From positions 864,136 to 928,135 of the forward strand of contig JBJBDC010000001.1 in assembly GCA_047285535.1 (NCBI GenBank): a stretch of 64,000 nt of DNA. The letters run 5' to 3'. Below, one piece after another: positions 29,321-41,488 of the stretch (position 1 is its first letter; the number at the start of each line of letters is the position of its first letter). A model generated the notes under the pieces. That model saw only the letters and a list, made by a program, of their open reading frames with translations. It did no database searches and was not told where the DNA came from. This DNA comes from Synechococcus sp. (lineage in GTDB: Bacteria > Cyanobacteriota > Cyanobacteriia > PCC-6307 > Cyanobiaceae). Position numbers and translations under genes: made by a program.

Positions 29321-30597
29321 GCGATCAGTCCGTTGAGAGTCATCCTGTAGAGATGTCGATGGTTCTATTCAAACGAGTGAGGCACCTCTGGTCTACCGGC
29401 CAAGGAAGAAAATGACCTGGACAGAACAACCAGCTCCGCTGATTCATCCTCTAGATGACTAAGCACAGGTCAAATAAAGGAGTCATAATGCTTTCAGATG
29501 TGCTCATGACTGGAATGGGGTCGAAACTGGAGTCCTACGCCTGAAATCAGGCAAGACTGCTACAAGAGCCACATTGTTATCTGTTATCCGGCTGCAAAAC
29601 ACCAGAAAACGTGAGCTATAAGTTCTTGACACGGATTGTGCGCATTCACTCCCTCTTATAGCAATTTGCAATGCACCTTAGACACTGAAGAAAAGACAAT
29701 AACAAGGCAGTTTTCATGCCCCAACAAAACGCATTTAATGCATTAAATTCATTAAGAAGCGCCCTACCCAATGCAACAGTTTAACAAGTTATTTCGATAA
29801 AGCAACCAACAAAATACAACCTCAGATCACAGAATGAACATCAATGAAAGAACGGTTTGGCGCAGACATCAAAAATACCATCGAGGGCATCAAATCCTCC
29901 ATACTAAATCTACAAACAAGTGTCAAACCCAGTGACCAATACATCCTTGGATAAGCAGGCATTGTAGCAGATGACTACAGAGCCCAACCTCCATCCGAAA
30001 TCTAAAAATTTTTTCGCGTCACCAAGCGCGTCAGAACCAATGGCAAAGAAGCATTCTCATCCTCCCAACCCTCTGAATAGCCATTACTATTAAAAAACTT
30101 TTTCACCAGATGCAAACCGAAATGCCTCAACACAGCCAAAAGGACACAAGCCAAAAGTGAAGCAAATTACAGCCCGTTAAACCGATCAAGGTTGAATCCG
30201 TACGCGAAACAATTCATCATCTCAAAAACGAGTAACGAGATGAAATGGCAACCTGGAAACCTGCCATTCTCAATCTGAGCAGCACAAAAGGTTTTACATC
30301 AAAACTTTTAAACCAAAAAATCACCACGTCATAAATAATCCTGTGCAGTGCTTTCAGCAGTCTGAATAGAATCAATCTCCAGGATCGCAAACAAGAAGCC
30401 TGAGCCCAGAATGGAACCATTCGGCCAGAAACAATAGCAAAGCTTATATCCAATCTTTTATTGCTAGTCCAGAGTCAAAACCAATTATCCCAACACTTTA
30501 GAAGTATTTTAAATCATACAGGTGGAGAATTTCAGACAGAAATAATAACAACAAATTTTGGCTTAATTAAAATCACAAGCAAGGGGATTAAGTGGCA

Positions 30598-31095
30598 CTA
30601 ACTTTCAAGGAGGCTCCTCAACATCCAGGCCGTCTTCTCATGAATCTGAAGGCGTTGAGTCAGCAGATCGGCTGTGGGTTCATCATTCGCGGCTTCTGCC
30701 AATGAAAAAACGCTACGGGCTGTACGGGCGACCGCTTCGTGACCTGTCACCAATTCACGCACCATGTCGAGGGCGGCTGGCTGCTGTTTGCCTGCTTCTT
30801 GAATGGAAGCCAGGCTTGCCAATGTCGCTCCACCATGCGGCGCGACCACGCCCAAGGCACGAATTCGTTCTGCAATCTCATCCAGCGCGTTCCATAGCTC
30901 AGTGTATTGACCCATAAACATTTGGTGGAGCGTGTTGAACATCGGCCCAGTCACGTTCCAGTGGAAACCGTGTGTTTTGCCATAAAGCACATAGGTATCT
31001 GCCAACAGGCGACTGAGACCAGCAGCGATCTCTTCACGCTGTGCGTCCGGAATACCGATATCGATGGCTGGCACACCGGATTTTGCTGTGGTCAT
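30598..31095 (-). CDS. dps: DNA starvation/stationary phase protection protein Dps
   Basis: [35 protein letters not shown]. Confidence 0.97.
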   Translation of the reverse strand: MTTAKSGVPAIDIGIPDAQREEIAAGLSRLLADTYVLYGKTHGFHWNVTGPMFNTLHQMFMGQYTELWNALDEIAERIRALGVVAPHGGATLASLASIQEAGKQQPAALDMVRELVTGHEAVARTARSVFSLAEAANDEPTADLLTQRLQIHEKTAWMLRSLLES

Positions 31096-31403
31096 GGAAT
31101 AGAACTAAAACCAATGAGCTTGGTCTATTGCTGCAGTGCTGAGAGCAAAAGGTGGGCTAACCGTAATCAGAGGTTCGGTTCAGGACCTGTTCTGCCTTTT
31201 CTTCCTGTCCATCCGAGCGCTAATGGGGAGATGGGTCAATGTCCGCAAGATTTTTAAATCAGAAGCAATCAGCCGTTTTGGCGTCCAAAAAGAAAGGACA
31301 TCCCTCAGCAAGCATGTCCTATCAACTTTTTTCTCTCATCCCATCAGCCACGAACACCAAGGCTGAATCTGTCATTGGTTCACAGTAAAAGAACGCTTGA
31401 CAA

Positions 31404-32240
31404 GTGATGACGTTTTCAGGCCACAGACCACGCAAGCGTTTTGGACAGCACTGGCTGAAAGATGAACGAGTGCTCGATCGCATCCTTCAGGCTGCAGAGC
31501 TCCACGAGGGTGATCGTGTTTTGGAAGTAGGGCCCGGTCGTGGGGCTCTCACCGAACGTCTGATGGCTTCACCGGCAGCGGCAATCCATGCCGTGGAACT
31601 TGATCGCGACCTGGTGGCTGGACTTCAGGAGCGATTTGGAAGCAGTCCGCGTTTCTCGCTGCAGCAAGGAGACGTGCTTTCAGTCCCACTGGAACTCATC
31701 GATGGAACAGCAGCGTCAAAGGTAGTGGCCAACATCCCTTACAACATCACCGGTCCCCTATTGGATCGTCTGATCGGACGACTGGATCGTCCTGTCGAAC
31801 CGTCATACCAACGTCTCGTCTTGCTCGTGCAGCAGGAGGTCGCTGATCGGATACGCGCTCGCCCTGGGCATCGAAATTACAGTGCTCTGAGTGTACGCAT
31901 GCAGTTATTAGGGCGATGCAGCCACGTCTGTCCTGTACCACCTCGCTGCTTTCAACCGCCTCCAAAGGTGCAGTCAGAAGTGATCTGCATCGAGCCATTT
32001 CCAGCTGAACAGCGACCGGCTCCGGACTTAGCCCGTCGGGTTGAAAGTCTCTTGCGGATGGCTTTCCTGAGTCGGCGCAAAATGTTGCGTAACACCTTGG
32101 CCGCGGCCTGTCCCCCAAACCGCCTGCAAGCCTTAGCAGAGGCAGCTGGCATCAGCCTTGAGCAACGCCCCCAGGAAGTGTCTCCAGAGGCTTGGACTGC
32201 CCTGGCGAAGGGTTTGAATCAAACCAACTCTGCTGCTTGA
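31404..32240 (+). CDS. rsmA: 16S rRNA dimethyladenosine transferase
   Basis: [39 protein letters not shown]. Confidence 0.98.
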   Translation: MMTFSGHRPRKRFGQHWLKDERVLDRILQAAELHEGDRVLEVGPGRGALTERLMASPAAAIHAVELDRDLVAGLQERFGSSPRFSLQQGDVLSVPLELIDGTAASKVVANIPYNITGPLLDRLIGRLDRPVEPSYQRLVLLVQQEVADRIRARPGHRNYSALSVRMQLLGRCSHVCPVPPRCFQPPPKVQSEVICIEPFPAEQRPAPDLARRVESLLRMAFLSRRKMLRNTLAAACPPNRLQALAEAAGISLEQRPQEVSPEAWTALAKGLNQTNSAA

Positions 32241-32244
32241 CCGG

Positions 32245-33177
32245 ATGACCGCCAAGGTTCGCGTCACCGCTCCCGCCAAAATCAATCTGCATCTGGAGGT
32301 GCTCGGTCAGCGATCCGATGGATTTCACGAGTTGGCCATGGTGATGCAAAGCATCGACCTTGTTGATGAGTTGGAGTGTTGCAATCGGGCTGACGGCTTG
32401 ATTCAGCTCAGCTGCACACAGCCAGGACTCAGTTGCGGTAATGACAACCTCATCATGCGCGCAGCCAAACTCTTGAAGGAACGGTCTGGTTTTCCTGAGC
32501 TTGGCGCTCACATCAATCTGCACAAACACATTCCGATTGGCGCTGGTCTTGCCGGAGGGTCCAGCGATGGTGCTGGAGCTCTCGTCGCTCTCAACGAGCT
32601 CTGGGGCCTCGGACAGACCCCAGAGCAATTAAGAGCCCTGGCCTCTGAACTTGGCTCAGACATGCCGTTTTGTCTTGCCGGCGGGACTCAGCTTTGCTTT
32701 GGTCGTGGTGAATGCCTGGAAGCCGTCGCGACCTCAGAGGAAGCTCTCGGTGTTGTGCTGATCAAAGACCCAACGGTCAGTGTTTTAACACCTTGGGCCT
32801 ATGGCGAGTTTCGTCGCAAAAAGAGCCATCAATATCGCATGGGTGAAGAGGCCTTTGCTCAGCGGCGTCAGGTTTTACGCGAATCCCCTTGGTTGCACCC
32901 TGTACGAGCGGATGAGCCACCTCCACTGCGCAACGATTTACAAGCTGTGGTAATGCCTCAGACACCCTCGGTGCAAACAGCCATTCGTCTGCTCCAGACT
33001 CTTCCTGGGCAACTGAGAACAGCCATGAGTGGTTCGGGCCCCAGCTGCTTTGCCCTCTTCCCAGATCTCAGTTCAGCGAATGAGGCGCTTACAGGGGCCC
33101 GTGATCAGTTCAACCAAGCTGGTTATGCCGCATGGAGTTGTTCATTTCTTGGACATGGCGCCAAGCTGATCTCATGA
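32245..33177 (+). CDS. ispE: 4-diphosphocytidyl-2-C-methyl-D-erythritol kinase
   Basis: [35 protein letters not shown]. Confidence 0.98.
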   Translation: MTAKVRVTAPAKINLHLEVLGQRSDGFHELAMVMQSIDLVDELECCNRADGLIQLSCTQPGLSCGNDNLIMRAAKLLKERSGFPELGAHINLHKHIPIGAGLAGGSSDGAGALVALNELWGLGQTPEQLRALASELGSDMPFCLAGGTQLCFGRGECLEAVATSEEALGVVLIKDPTVSVLTPWAYGEFRRKKSHQYRMGEEAFAQRRQVLRESPWLHPVRADEPPPLRNDLQAVVMPQTPSVQTAIRLLQTLPGQLRTAMSGSGPSCFALFPDLSSANEALTGARDQFNQAGYAAWSCSFLGHGAKLIS

Positions 33178-33503
33178 GGACTGACGACATCGAGACGAAA
33201 AGGGAGACGGAAAAGGTCTCTTCAGAACCGAAAAAAGGCCCGATCAGTTTTTTGTCGGGCTCCCTGACGAGCTTGATGTTGGGGTGGCTGTGTTTGGGAC
33301 TTAGCAAAGGAATGGTGGCCTATTTCGCGCAACGTCCTCCAAACTTCAGCTCTGCGATCGCTCAAAGCATCGCATCGGCGCTCAAAACGTTACTCATAGG
33401 ACTGTGTTTCCTGGCCACATTCAGCTGTGCCTTCATCGGCATTGGGTTGTTTGTGGTGTTTATTCGCAGTCTTTTCACAGGCAAAGAAGCCGATGCTGCC
33501 TAG
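33174..33503 (+). CDS. DUF3082 family membrane protein
   Basis: PKKGP.SFLSGS, TM helices, position after ispE. Confidence 0.85.
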   Translation: MRTDDIETKRETEKVSSEPKKGPISFLSGSLTSLMLGWLCLGLSKGMVAYFAQRPPNFSSAIAQSIASALKTLLIGLCFLATFSCAFIGIGLFVVFIRSLFTGKEADAA

Positions 33504-33545
33504 CCTCAAATCACTGTCCTGAACGGCCCTAGGCGGTCATTGGTG

Positions 33546-33641
33546 ATGACTCCCCACGATCTTGGTCAGCTGGTGCTTCTGCTTTCACCAGGTTTGCTCC
33601 TCTCGGTACTCCTGCTTTCGACGTTTGCTGCAGGGGGCTGA
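33546..33641 (+). CDS. 31-aa single-TM microprotein (not in ORF track)
   Basis: MTPHDLGQLVLLLSPGLLLSVLLLSTFAAGG*. Confidence 0.7.
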   Translation: MTPHDLGQLVLLLSPGLLLSVLLLSTFAAGG

Positions 33642-33702
33642 TTTTTCTCTGCTGAGATAGCTTGGCCACTCACGCCGGCTTGGCCGGGATTGCAGCAACG
33701 CC

Positions 33703-34686
33703 GTGGCAGGGACGCTTCTTTTCAATGCACTTCGTGAGGCCATCGACGAAGAAATGGCCCGTGACGCCCACGTCTGCGTGATGGGTGAAGACGTCGGCCA
33801 GTACGGCGGCTCTTACAAAGTCACAAAGGATCTTTACGAGAAATACGGTGAATTACGCGTCTTAGACACGCCGATTGCTGAAAACAGTTTCACGGGCATG
33901 GCCGTTGGTGCCGCCATGACAGGCCTGAGGCCAATCGTGGAAGGCATGAATATGGGCTTCCTGCTTTTGGCGTTCAACCAGATCTCCAACAACATGGGGA
34001 TGCTTCGCTACACGAGTGGCGGAAATTTCACCATTCCCACAGTGGTGCGTGGTCCAGGTGGCGTGGGTCGTCAGCTAGGGGCTGAACATAGTCAGCGCCT
34101 TGAGGCCTATTTCCACGCCGTTCCAGGTATCAAGATCGTTGCTTGCAGCACGCCCACCAATGCCAAGGGGCTGATGAAGGCTGCGATTCGCGACAACAAC
34201 CCAGTGCTCTTTTTTGAGCACGTGTTGCTCTACAACCTCACAGAAGAGCTGCCAGAAGGGGATTACATCTGCGCTCTTGATCAAGCCGATCTGGTGAAGG
34301 AAGGGAGTGACGTCACGATCCTTACCTACTCACGCATGCGTCACCATTGCTTGAAAGCGGTGGAGCAGCTTGAAGCGGATGGCATCAGTGTTGAGTTGAT
34401 CGACCTGATCAGCCTGAAGCCCTTCGATATGGAAACGATTGCCCGTTCAATCCGTAAGACCCATCGGGTGATCGTGGTGGAAGAGTGCATGAAGACCGGC
34501 GGTATCGGTGCAGAACTGATTGCCTTGATCACGGAGCATTGCTTCGACGATCTCGATGCCCGGCCCATTCGCTTGTCCAGCCAGGACATTCCCACGCCTT
34601 ACAACGGCAATCTTGAAAATCTGACGATTATTCAGCCCCACCAAATTGTGGAAACGGCCCAGGCCATCGTGCGCACGGGGCTCTGA
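33703..34686 (+). CDS. pdhB: Pyruvate dehydrogenase E1 beta subunit
   Basis: [26 protein letters not shown]. Confidence 0.98.
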   Translation: MAGTLLFNALREAIDEEMARDAHVCVMGEDVGQYGGSYKVTKDLYEKYGELRVLDTPIAENSFTGMAVGAAMTGLRPIVEGMNMGFLLLAFNQISNNMGMLRYTSGGNFTIPTVVRGPGGVGRQLGAEHSQRLEAYFHAVPGIKIVACSTPTNAKGLMKAAIRDNNPVLFFEHVLLYNLTEELPEGDYICALDQADLVKEGSDVTILTYSRMRHHCLKAVEQLEADGISVELIDLISLKPFDMETIARSIRKTHRVIVVEECMKTGGIGAELIALITEHCFDDLDARPIRLSSQDIPTPYNGNLENLTIIQPHQIVETAQAIVRTGL

Positions 34687-34689
34687 TTC

Positions 34690-36174
34690 ATGGCCCGTCA
34701 ACAGGGGTGGTTTGCCCTCATCCTCGCTCTGGCCATTGCTGCTGGATCCGTACTCACCAGCTTCCCTCTTCAGCTGGGTCTCGATCTTCGCGGGGGGACC
34801 CAACTCACCTTGGAGGTGCAGCCATCGGGTGACATCACCAAAGTAAAGGCTGAGCAACTGGAAGCGGTGAAAGCGGTGCTGGATCGCCGAGTGAATGGCC
34901 TTGGTGTCGCGGAATCGACCCTTCAGACCGTTGGCGAAAACCAACTGGTCTTGCAGCTTCCCGGAGTCACCGATCCTTCGAGAGCAGCCAGAGTACTTGG
35001 CAGCACAGCTTTGCTTGAGTTTCGGGCACAGAAACCAGGTTCAGAAGAAGAATTACGGAATTTGATTCAACTCAGAGCCCAATTGAAAAGCGTGCTGGCT
35101 TTGAACGAAAACAAGACCAATTCTGAGCCCGAAGCTCAAAACGATGAACGCACCCGTGAGCAGTTAGCCAAGGCTCAGAAGGCTTTAGGTCTTGAGGGAA
35201 GTGCGTCCTCCGAGCAAGAACAACTGGAACAACTGCTGGAGCGTGCCAATCAAGAGATTGTTGAACGTTTTGAACCAGCTGCACTGACAGGCAAGGATCT
35301 TGTGACCGCTGGTCGTCAACAGCAGCAAAATGGCAGCAGTTGGGAAGTCACCCTCACATTCAATCGAGAAGGCGGCGAGAAATTTGCGGAGCTAACCCGC
35401 TCCATCGCTGGCACCGGGCGACTCCTGGGAATCGTGCTGGATGGCCGTCCGATCAGTGAAGCCAGTGTTGGTGATCAGTTCCGAGCTGCGGGTATCACGG
35501 GTGGTTCTGCCGTGATTACTGGCAATTTCAGCGCAGAGGAAGCTCGAGATCTGGAAGTTCAGCTACGCGGTGGATCGCTTCCACTTCCCGTGGAAATTCT
35601 TGAAGTGCGCACAATTGGCCCGAGCCTTGGTGCCGAAAATGTGCAGCGCAGCCTCATTGCTGCCTTAGCCGGACTGATCTTGGTTGCCATCTTCATGCTG
35701 CTCGTGTATCGCCTGGCGGGAGCGGTGGCGGTCTTTGCTCTAAGTCTTTATGCCCTGTTCAACCTGGCGGTTTACTCCCTCATTCCGGTCACTCTCACCT
35801 TGCCTGGTACGGCTGGATTCATCCTCAGCATTGGTATGGCCGTTGATGCCAATGTCTTGATTTTTGAGCGAATCAAAGACGAGTTACGGCGAGGCAACAC
35901 ATTGATCCGCTCCATCGAAACAGGGTTCTCTCAGGCTTTTTCTTCGATTGTTGATGGTCATCTCACCACCCTGATTAGTTGCGCTGCTTTGTTCTTCCTC
36001 GGAACAGGGTTGGTGAAAGGTTTTGCGGCCACGCTTGGAATCGGAGTTCTTCTCAGCCTGTTCACGGCCCTCACCTGCACCCGCACGCTTTTGCGCTTTT
36101 TGATGAGCTATCAAGCGCTACGGCGCCCAACCAATTTCCTGCCCGCAGGGCAGCTGCCTTCCTCCGCTGCTTGA
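34690..36174 (+). CDS. secD: Protein translocase subunit SecD
   Basis: LGLDLRGG, IGPSLG, GMAVDANVLIFERIKDE. Confidence 0.98.
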   Translation: MARQQGWFALILALAIAAGSVLTSFPLQLGLDLRGGTQLTLEVQPSGDITKVKAEQLEAVKAVLDRRVNGLGVAESTLQTVGENQLVLQLPGVTDPSRAARVLGSTALLEFRAQKPGSEEELRNLIQLRAQLKSVLALNENKTNSEPEAQNDERTREQLAKAQKALGLEGSASSEQEQLEQLLERANQEIVERFEPAALTGKDLVTAGRQQQQNGSSWEVTLTFNREGGEKFAELTRSIAGTGRLLGIVLDGRPISEASVGDQFRAAGITGGSAVITGNFSAEEARDLEVQLRGGSLPLPVEILEVRTIGPSLGAENVQRSLIAALAGLILVAIFMLLVYRLAGAVAVFALSLYALFNLAVYSLIPVTLTLPGTAGFILSIGMAVDANVLIFERIKDELRRGNTLIRSIETGFSQAFSSIVDGHLTTLISCAALFFLGTGLVKGFAATLGIGVLLSLFTALTCTRTLLRFLMSYQALRRPTNFLPAGQLPSSAA

Positions 36175-36177
36175 TCC

Positions 36178-37167
36178 ATGGCTGTGCCCTCTTCAACTGG
36201 TCAAGAACGCCCTTTGCGTTTTCCTTTAAGTCGACAACGGCGAAAAGTGTGGTTGATTTCGCTGGTCGTGCTCATCATCAGCACACTTGGTGTCGTTCTG
36301 AGTTGGACCAATCCTCAGATTCGCTCCCCTTTACGACCTGGACTCGATTTCACAGGCGGGACCCAAATTCAACTTGAGAGAGTGTGCGCAGAAAGCTGCC
36401 AAGAAATTAAGGCGATCGACATTCAGAATCAGTTAGAGACTCTGACAGTGACCGATGAGGGAGTTGAAACACTCCCGAATCTCGCTACAGCACGAGTTCA
36501 GTTACTCGATAGGGGAAAGTCTGTGGTGTTGCGGATGCCTGCTTTATCGGCTGCACAAGGCCAAGCCGTGATCGAGACTCTTGAACCGATCGCTGGTCCA
36601 TTTGAGGTTGGCGGTCAATCCGTCGACACCATTGGACCAAGCCTTGGCGGCCAACTACTCCGCAGCAGCTTGATCTCTCTGCTGGTTGCATTTGCAGGTA
36701 TCGCCCTTTACATCAGCATTCGCTACGACGGTCGTTATGCCGTTCTCGCACTGGTCGCCCTCGGGCATGACGTGTTGATTGTGTGTGGTCTGTTCGCCTG
36801 GCTTGGACTGATCAGCGGCTTAGAAGTCGATAGTCTTTTCGCCGTTTCACTCTTGACGATCGCCGGCTATTCAGTGAATGACACCGTGGTGGTTTTCGAT
36901 CGCATTCGAGAACGCCAAAAAGAAGATGGCGATTTGCCGCTGGATGCTCAAGTTGATCGTGCCGTTTCAGCCACTCTCACCCGCACCCTTTACACAAGTG
37001 GCACCACCTTGCTTCCGCTCTTGGGACTCATTTTGTTTGGTGGTTCGACCTTGTTCTGGTTTGCCATTGCTCTCGCCGTAGGAGTGATTGTGGGGAGCTG
37101 GTCCAGCATTGCTCTAGCGCCATCCCTACTGAGTATCTGGCCCAATCAACGCACGGCAGGTGCGTAA
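36178..37167 (+). CDS. secF: Protein translocase subunit SecF
   Basis: GLDFTGG, HDV, GYSVNDTVVVFDRIRE. Confidence 0.98.
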   Translation: MAVPSSTGQERPLRFPLSRQRRKVWLISLVVLIISTLGVVLSWTNPQIRSPLRPGLDFTGGTQIQLERVCAESCQEIKAIDIQNQLETLTVTDEGVETLPNLATARVQLLDRGKSVVLRMPALSAAQGQAVIETLEPIAGPFEVGGQSVDTIGPSLGGQLLRSSLISLLVAFAGIALYISIRYDGRYAVLALVALGHDVLIVCGLFAWLGLISGLEVDSLFAVSLLTIAGYSVNDTVVVFDRIRERQKEDGDLPLDAQVDRAVSATLTRTLYTSGTTLLPLLGLILFGGSTLFWFAIALAVGVIVGSWSSIALAPSLLSIWPNQRTAGA

Positions 37168-37396
37168 TTTGGCCGTGTCAGCAGGCAGCTCATCCCAACG
37201 CTGGGTGCCCCTATTGCTGGCCACACTGGCCTTCCTCGATCTTCGCGTAGAGCTTCAGCTCCTCTTCGATCACTTCACTCTTACAAGCCTGATCTTCGCT
37301 GTCAGGCATCATCTCCTTGCTGTTGTGGTGATCATCCTCCTTCCCTCCATGTGGCGTCGTTATGGCTCCCGTGTCGGCTTCAGGTCTGACTCCTAG
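37160..37396 (+). CDS. Small conserved membrane protein
   Basis: DLRVELQLLFDHFTLTSL, two hydrophobic segments. Confidence 0.7.
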   Translation: MRNLAVSAGSSSQRWVPLLLATLAFLDLRVELQLLFDHFTLTSLIFAVRHHLLAVVVIILLPSMWRRYGSRVGFRSDS

Positions 37397-37422
37397 GTTG
37401 AGTTCACCGCTTCAAAGGAACC

Positions 37423-37905
37423 ATGTCGCTTGATCTAGACGCCAAGAAAGCTCTGCTAAGGAAAATCCCTCACGGATTGTTCATCTGTGGAGTGGCAGAA
37501 GGTGATCAAGTCAACGGCTTCACCGCCAGCTGGGTCACCCAAGGGTCGTTTGATCCTCCTCTTGTGGTGATGGCTGTGCGTGCCGACAGCACCAGCAACG
37601 GCATGATTCAACGCACGAGCCGTTTTTCCTTAAACGTCTTGGCCGCCGATCAGAAGGATCTAGCGGCTGTCTTTTTCAAGCCACAGCAAGCGGTTGGAGG
37701 CCGATTTGAAGCTGCACCCTTCACAACCGGTGCACTGGGCTTGCCGATTCTCAAGGACGCCCTTGGGGCCGTGGAATGTGAGCTCGTGGGTGAGCTTGCC
37801 CATGGAGATCACACCGTATTTCTGGGACAAGTGAAATCAGCTGTTCTCCATCGTGACGGAGCTGCTCTTGAACTCAGCAGCACGGGATGGCAGTACGGGG
37901 GCTAA
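37423..37905 (+). CDS. Flavin reductase family protein
   Basis: ASWVTQGSFDPP, F.LNVL, GDHTVFLG. Confidence 0.93.
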   Translation: MSLDLDAKKALLRKIPHGLFICGVAEGDQVNGFTASWVTQGSFDPPLVVMAVRADSTSNGMIQRTSRFSLNVLAADQKDLAAVFFKPQQAVGGRFEAAPFTTGALGLPILKDALGAVECELVGELAHGDHTVFLGQVKSAVLHRDGAALELSSTGWQYGG

Positions 37906-38904
37906 CTACCAACGATCCATGATCTGTTTGATCACCACTTGCTGCATGACCACTTGAAGCACCACAACAAACGGCAAAGCCAATAGAACTCCTGGAAGCC
38001 CGAGCAGGGCTCCCAGGCTGAGTTGAGCGGTTAAAGCCACCGTTGGCAGAAGATTGACTGTTCGACTGAGCAGCACGGGAGTAAGAACAAAAGCTTCAAA
38101 GTTTTGCAGTCCTAATCGCAGCACCAGAACCTGCACCATCAGAGAGGGAGAAATCAGTAAGGCAATACCCATCGGCAGAAGAGTCGCCGTTGTAGGACCA
38201 ATGGTCGGTACAAAGGTGAGTAGCCCACACAACAAACCACTCAAAAGGGCTAAGGGGACACCGAGGATGGCAAGACCTGTCCAGGTGAGGATAAAAACAG
38301 TGCTGGCTGAAATTGTCATACCAGCAAGCCATCCGCCGAGAGCATCACGGCATCGATCGAGCAGGTCCGTGACCTGAGTGCGCGCTGGGCGGGGGCTGAT
38401 AGCGATCAGCATTTGTCGGTGTGAGCTTGGATCAAGGGCGAGCAGAATGGCGAGAAGACTCATCAAAAGCACCTGAACCAAGCCATTGGCAGCTCCACCC
38501 GCATAACCAAGAAGCTGAGCCCCAACAGGCTGAATTCCCTGCCAACTCAGCGATTCAGATGGACTGATGTTGAGGTCTTGCAGACTTGGTTGGCTGGAAA
38601 TGATCGACCTGATTTTGTTGATCAAAGTGGGCAGCAGAGTGGTGAGCTGTTCGAATTGGCCCAACAGTTCTGGGAGAAGCAGTTGAAAGACCAACATTCC
38701 TCCCAAGAACAAAACCACCAGAACGATCAAAAGAGCAGCTGGGCGTTTTAACCGAAATCGTTCCATCAACTTCTGAATCGGAACATCGAGTGTCACGGCC
38801 AACACCACGGATCCAAAAAGAATCAGTAACACCCATCGAAGCTGCCAGACCAAAAGTGTGAGCAGAATGAATGTGAGCGCAATAAGCAGAGTGCGGGCTT
38901 TCAT
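37906..38904 (-). CDS. AI-2E family transporter
   Basis: Multi-TM, FVPTIGP, QNFEAFVLTP. Confidence 0.92.
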   Translation of the reverse strand: MKARTLLIALTFILLTLLVWQLRWVLLILFGSVVLAVTLDVPIQKLMERFRLKRPAALLIVLVVLFLGGMLVFQLLLPELLGQFEQLTTLLPTLINKIRSIISSQPSLQDLNISPSESLSWQGIQPVGAQLLGYAGGAANGLVQVLLMSLLAILLALDPSSHRQMLIAISPRPARTQVTDLLDRCRDALGGWLAGMTISASTVFILTWTGLAILGVPLALLSGLLCGLLTFVPTIGPTTATLLPMGIALLISPSLMVQVLVLRLGLQNFEAFVLTPVLLSRTVNLLPTVALTAQLSLGALLGLPGVLLALPFVVVLQVVMQQVVIKQIMDRW

Positions 38905-39980
38905 GAAGCAAGTCGTTGCCGCTTCCACGGGTCCAGAAGATCGTGAACCACAACTTCACGAATCAGCACCTGCAACACAACGGCTAAGGGCAGAGCAAGC
39001 AACAATCCAAGCGGACCAAACAAAACAGTGAACACGAACTGGGCTGAAAGGGTGAGTCCTGGCAACAAATTGACTTGGCGCTGCATGACCGAGGGAGTGA
39101 TGACGTAGCTCTCAAGGTTCTGAACGACGATATAAAGGCCAAGTACAGCCAACGCTTTCCAAGGAGCATCGAGGAGCGCCACCGACATCGGAAAGACTGT
39201 GCTCAATGTGGGGCCAACATTGGGAATGATGTTGAGCAGACCAGCCAAAAGTGCATTGGCCATGACCAGCTTCACGCCCAGAAGAGAAAGACCTATTCCG
39301 GCGAGCACAGCCACACAAACCGAACTGATCAAGACGCCGATCATCCAGCTGCTGAGTGCATCACCGCACATGCTCAGGATCACACGAGCTCGCCGCCGAT
39401 AAAATGAAGGGAGCAGCTGAATGCCAACATCCTTGTAGGCATGGGGCTGAATAGCCACCATCAGCGTGACGGCTAAGACAACGACGAGCTGAAAGAACCC
39501 GCTGCCAATATTGCCAGCCAATCCCAGAAGACTTTGAAGTCCTCCACTCACGCTGGATGCGATGGCAGGCGCACTAGGTCCATCAGCCAAGCCTTTTGGA
39601 AACAGCAATTGTTTCCAGTCACTGGTACTGGCACTGCCATAGAGCGTCGAGCTGACCGATGAAAACGTCTGCAGGACTAATTCTTTCAATGCCTTCGCTG
39701 CAGTTGGCAACTGCAGAATCAACTCTTGGAACTGGCTTGTAAAAGGCGGGACAATGACGGTCACACCAATCGCAAGAGTGAGGAGCAGTCCAAGCACACA
39801 CATCAGGAGAGCCAGCGGTCTGGGCATCTCCCAGCGCTGTCGAAGGGCTCCGACGAGTGTGCAAAGAGCCATGGCTAAAACAATGGCTGCAAAGAGATGA
39901 ATCAGGACTTCTCGCAGACTCCAAAACAACAAACCTGTTGCAAGAATGGCGAAAAGTCCAAGCCAGTGTTGGAGCTTCAC
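38901..39980 (-). CDS. AI-2E family transporter
   Basis: Multi-[29 protein letters not shown]. Confidence 0.92.
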   Translation of the reverse strand: MKLQHWLGLFAILATGLLFWSLREVLIHLFAAIVLAMALCTLVGALRQRWEMPRPLALLMCVLGLLLTLAIGVTVIVPPFTSQFQELILQLPTAAKALKELVLQTFSSVSSTLYGSASTSDWKQLLFPKGLADGPSAPAIASSVSGGLQSLLGLAGNIGSGFFQLVVVLAVTLMVAIQPHAYKDVGIQLLPSFYRRRARVILSMCGDALSSWMIGVLISSVCVAVLAGIGLSLLGVKLVMANALLAGLLNIIPNVGPTLSTVFPMSVALLDAPWKALAVLGLYIVVQNLESYVITPSVMQRQVNLLPGLTLSAQFVFTVLFGPLGLLLALPLAVVLQVLIREVVVHDLLDPWKRQRLAS

Positions 39981-40363
39981 CCGTTCTCGTCGCCGCTGGA
40001 TTCACCATCGCCTGGATCCTGCGAATAACCAAGACCAGCAGACTCCGCATATCTCTGCGCAAAGCGCATAAAACGCTCAAAATCCTGTTCTGATTTCCAG
40101 GTGTAGGTGGCTTCCAAGGCACTTGCTTTGCCATTCACGAATCGGGCGTTCACTTCACGAGTGACGAGCATTCCCTCTTCATCGAGCATGAACATCCCTG
40201 TGATGTCTCCCATCGTTTCGGGAGCCAGAGCCTGGGGTTGTTCAAACACAAAGATGGCCTGTCCAGTTCGGCCGTCTCGACTGCGAGTAATGCGGATGTC
40301 AGGAACCACCGGCTCATCCACGCCACGAAAGAACTGGATCACTGCCTTGCTTTCGTCTGCCAT
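39977..40363 (-). CDS. psb28: Photosystem II reaction center protein Psb28
   Basis: [33 protein letters not shown]. Confidence 0.97.
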   Translation of the reverse strand: MADESKAVIQFFRGVDEPVVPDIRITRSRDGRTGQAIFVFEQPQALAPETMGDITGMFMLDEEGMLVTREVNARFVNGKASALEATYTWKSEQDFERFMRFAQRYAESAGLGYSQDPGDGESSGDENG

Positions 40364-40392
40364 GAATGCTGCTTCGTTACCAAAGCGGGATC

Positions 40393-41448
40393 TTAAGGGG
40401 GTTCGATGGGTTCAACGCGACCAATGTTCAACAGTTCGATGGCTGCAACCTGTGCATCTTGTCCATTGAGATCAACGTGGGACGTTGTACTGGCTTGATT
40501 TAATTCGTGGTCATAACAGCGATCGTAATAGTCCAGCATGGCGCGGCAGGCATCACGCCAGCGTTGATTGCGGATCGCTTCGATCGCTTGCTGGGTACGT
40601 TGTGGGCCCAGTCTTCGATGAATCCGCTCCGTAGCTCGAAGCAGCTCATCAGCGTCCTGACAGGCATAGACCTCAACCAGTTGGTCAATTCGCTCTGAGA
40701 GACTGCGGCGGATTTCGAGCACCGGAGCCTGTTGCATCTGCAGGAAGAGCGCTTTCGGAATGCGGCAGCAGCCCACCGAGGAGCTCTCAGCTTCCAACCA
40801 AATCTGATGAGCGCCTTGCTGCCCATAGCGAACGAGAGCTTCTGCAAGTTGATTCTCATAGTGCTCACTTGTGGGCTGATCAGGTTGCCCCAGACCACCA
40901 AAGCTGCTGCCTCGATGGTGAGCCAATCCTTCCAAATCGACCACAGCCACATTCAGAGACTGCAGTGCCAAAAGCAAATCGGTTTTGCCTGTGCCCGTCT
41001 TTCCACCTAGGAGGTGAATGGGCCAGCGACGTTCAAATTGCTGCAGCACCCAGCGACGATAAACCTTGTAACCGCCTTCGAGCACCAGGGTCGGATGATC
41101 CTGAAGCCCAGCAAGCCAGGCCATGCTGTTGGAACGCATTCCCCCTCTCCAGCAATACATTCGAAGAGCTTGCTCTGTACCTCCGGCGGCATGCGTCAGA
41201 GCTTTGGAAAGATCTGCAAGGGCAGGGCCGATGAGGCTGAGGCCAAGTTCAATGGCTTGCCTCCGGCCCTGTTGTTTGTAGGCTCGACCAACGAGGGATC
41301 GCTGATCATCGTCAAACAGAGGGACATTGATCGCGCCTGGCCAGTGGCCTCGAGCAAATTCTGATGGAGTGCGCACATCGACCAGGGTCCCGCTTGCGGC
41401 CCGGAACTGATCAATAGCGCTCACGTTTGTGGGTCCCATCCCTGACAT
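40393..41448 (-). CDS. mnmH: tRNA 2-selenouridine synthase
   Basis: Rhodanese [17 protein letters not shown]-loop [22 protein letters not shown]. Confidence 0.95.
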   Translation of the reverse strand: MSGMGPTNVSAIDQFRAASGTLVDVRTPSEFARGHWPGAINVPLFDDDQRSLVGRAYKQQGRRQAIELGLSLIGPALADLSKALTHAAGGTEQALRMYCWRGGMRSNSMAWLAGLQDHPTLVLEGGYKVYRRWVLQQFERRWPIHLLGGKTGTGKTDLLLALQSLNVAVVDLEGLAHHRGSSFGGLGQPDQPTSEHYENQLAEALVRYGQQGAHQIWLEAESSSVGCCRIPKALFLQMQQAPVLEIRRSLSERIDQLVEVYACQDADELLRATERIHRRLGPQRTQQAIEAIRNQRWRDACRAMLDYYDRCYDHELNQASTTSHVDLNGQDAQVAAIELLNIGRVEPIEPP

Positions 41449-41488
41449 AGTGGTTGAACGCCGAGCTAATTAGAGCCGGTTGTTAGTC

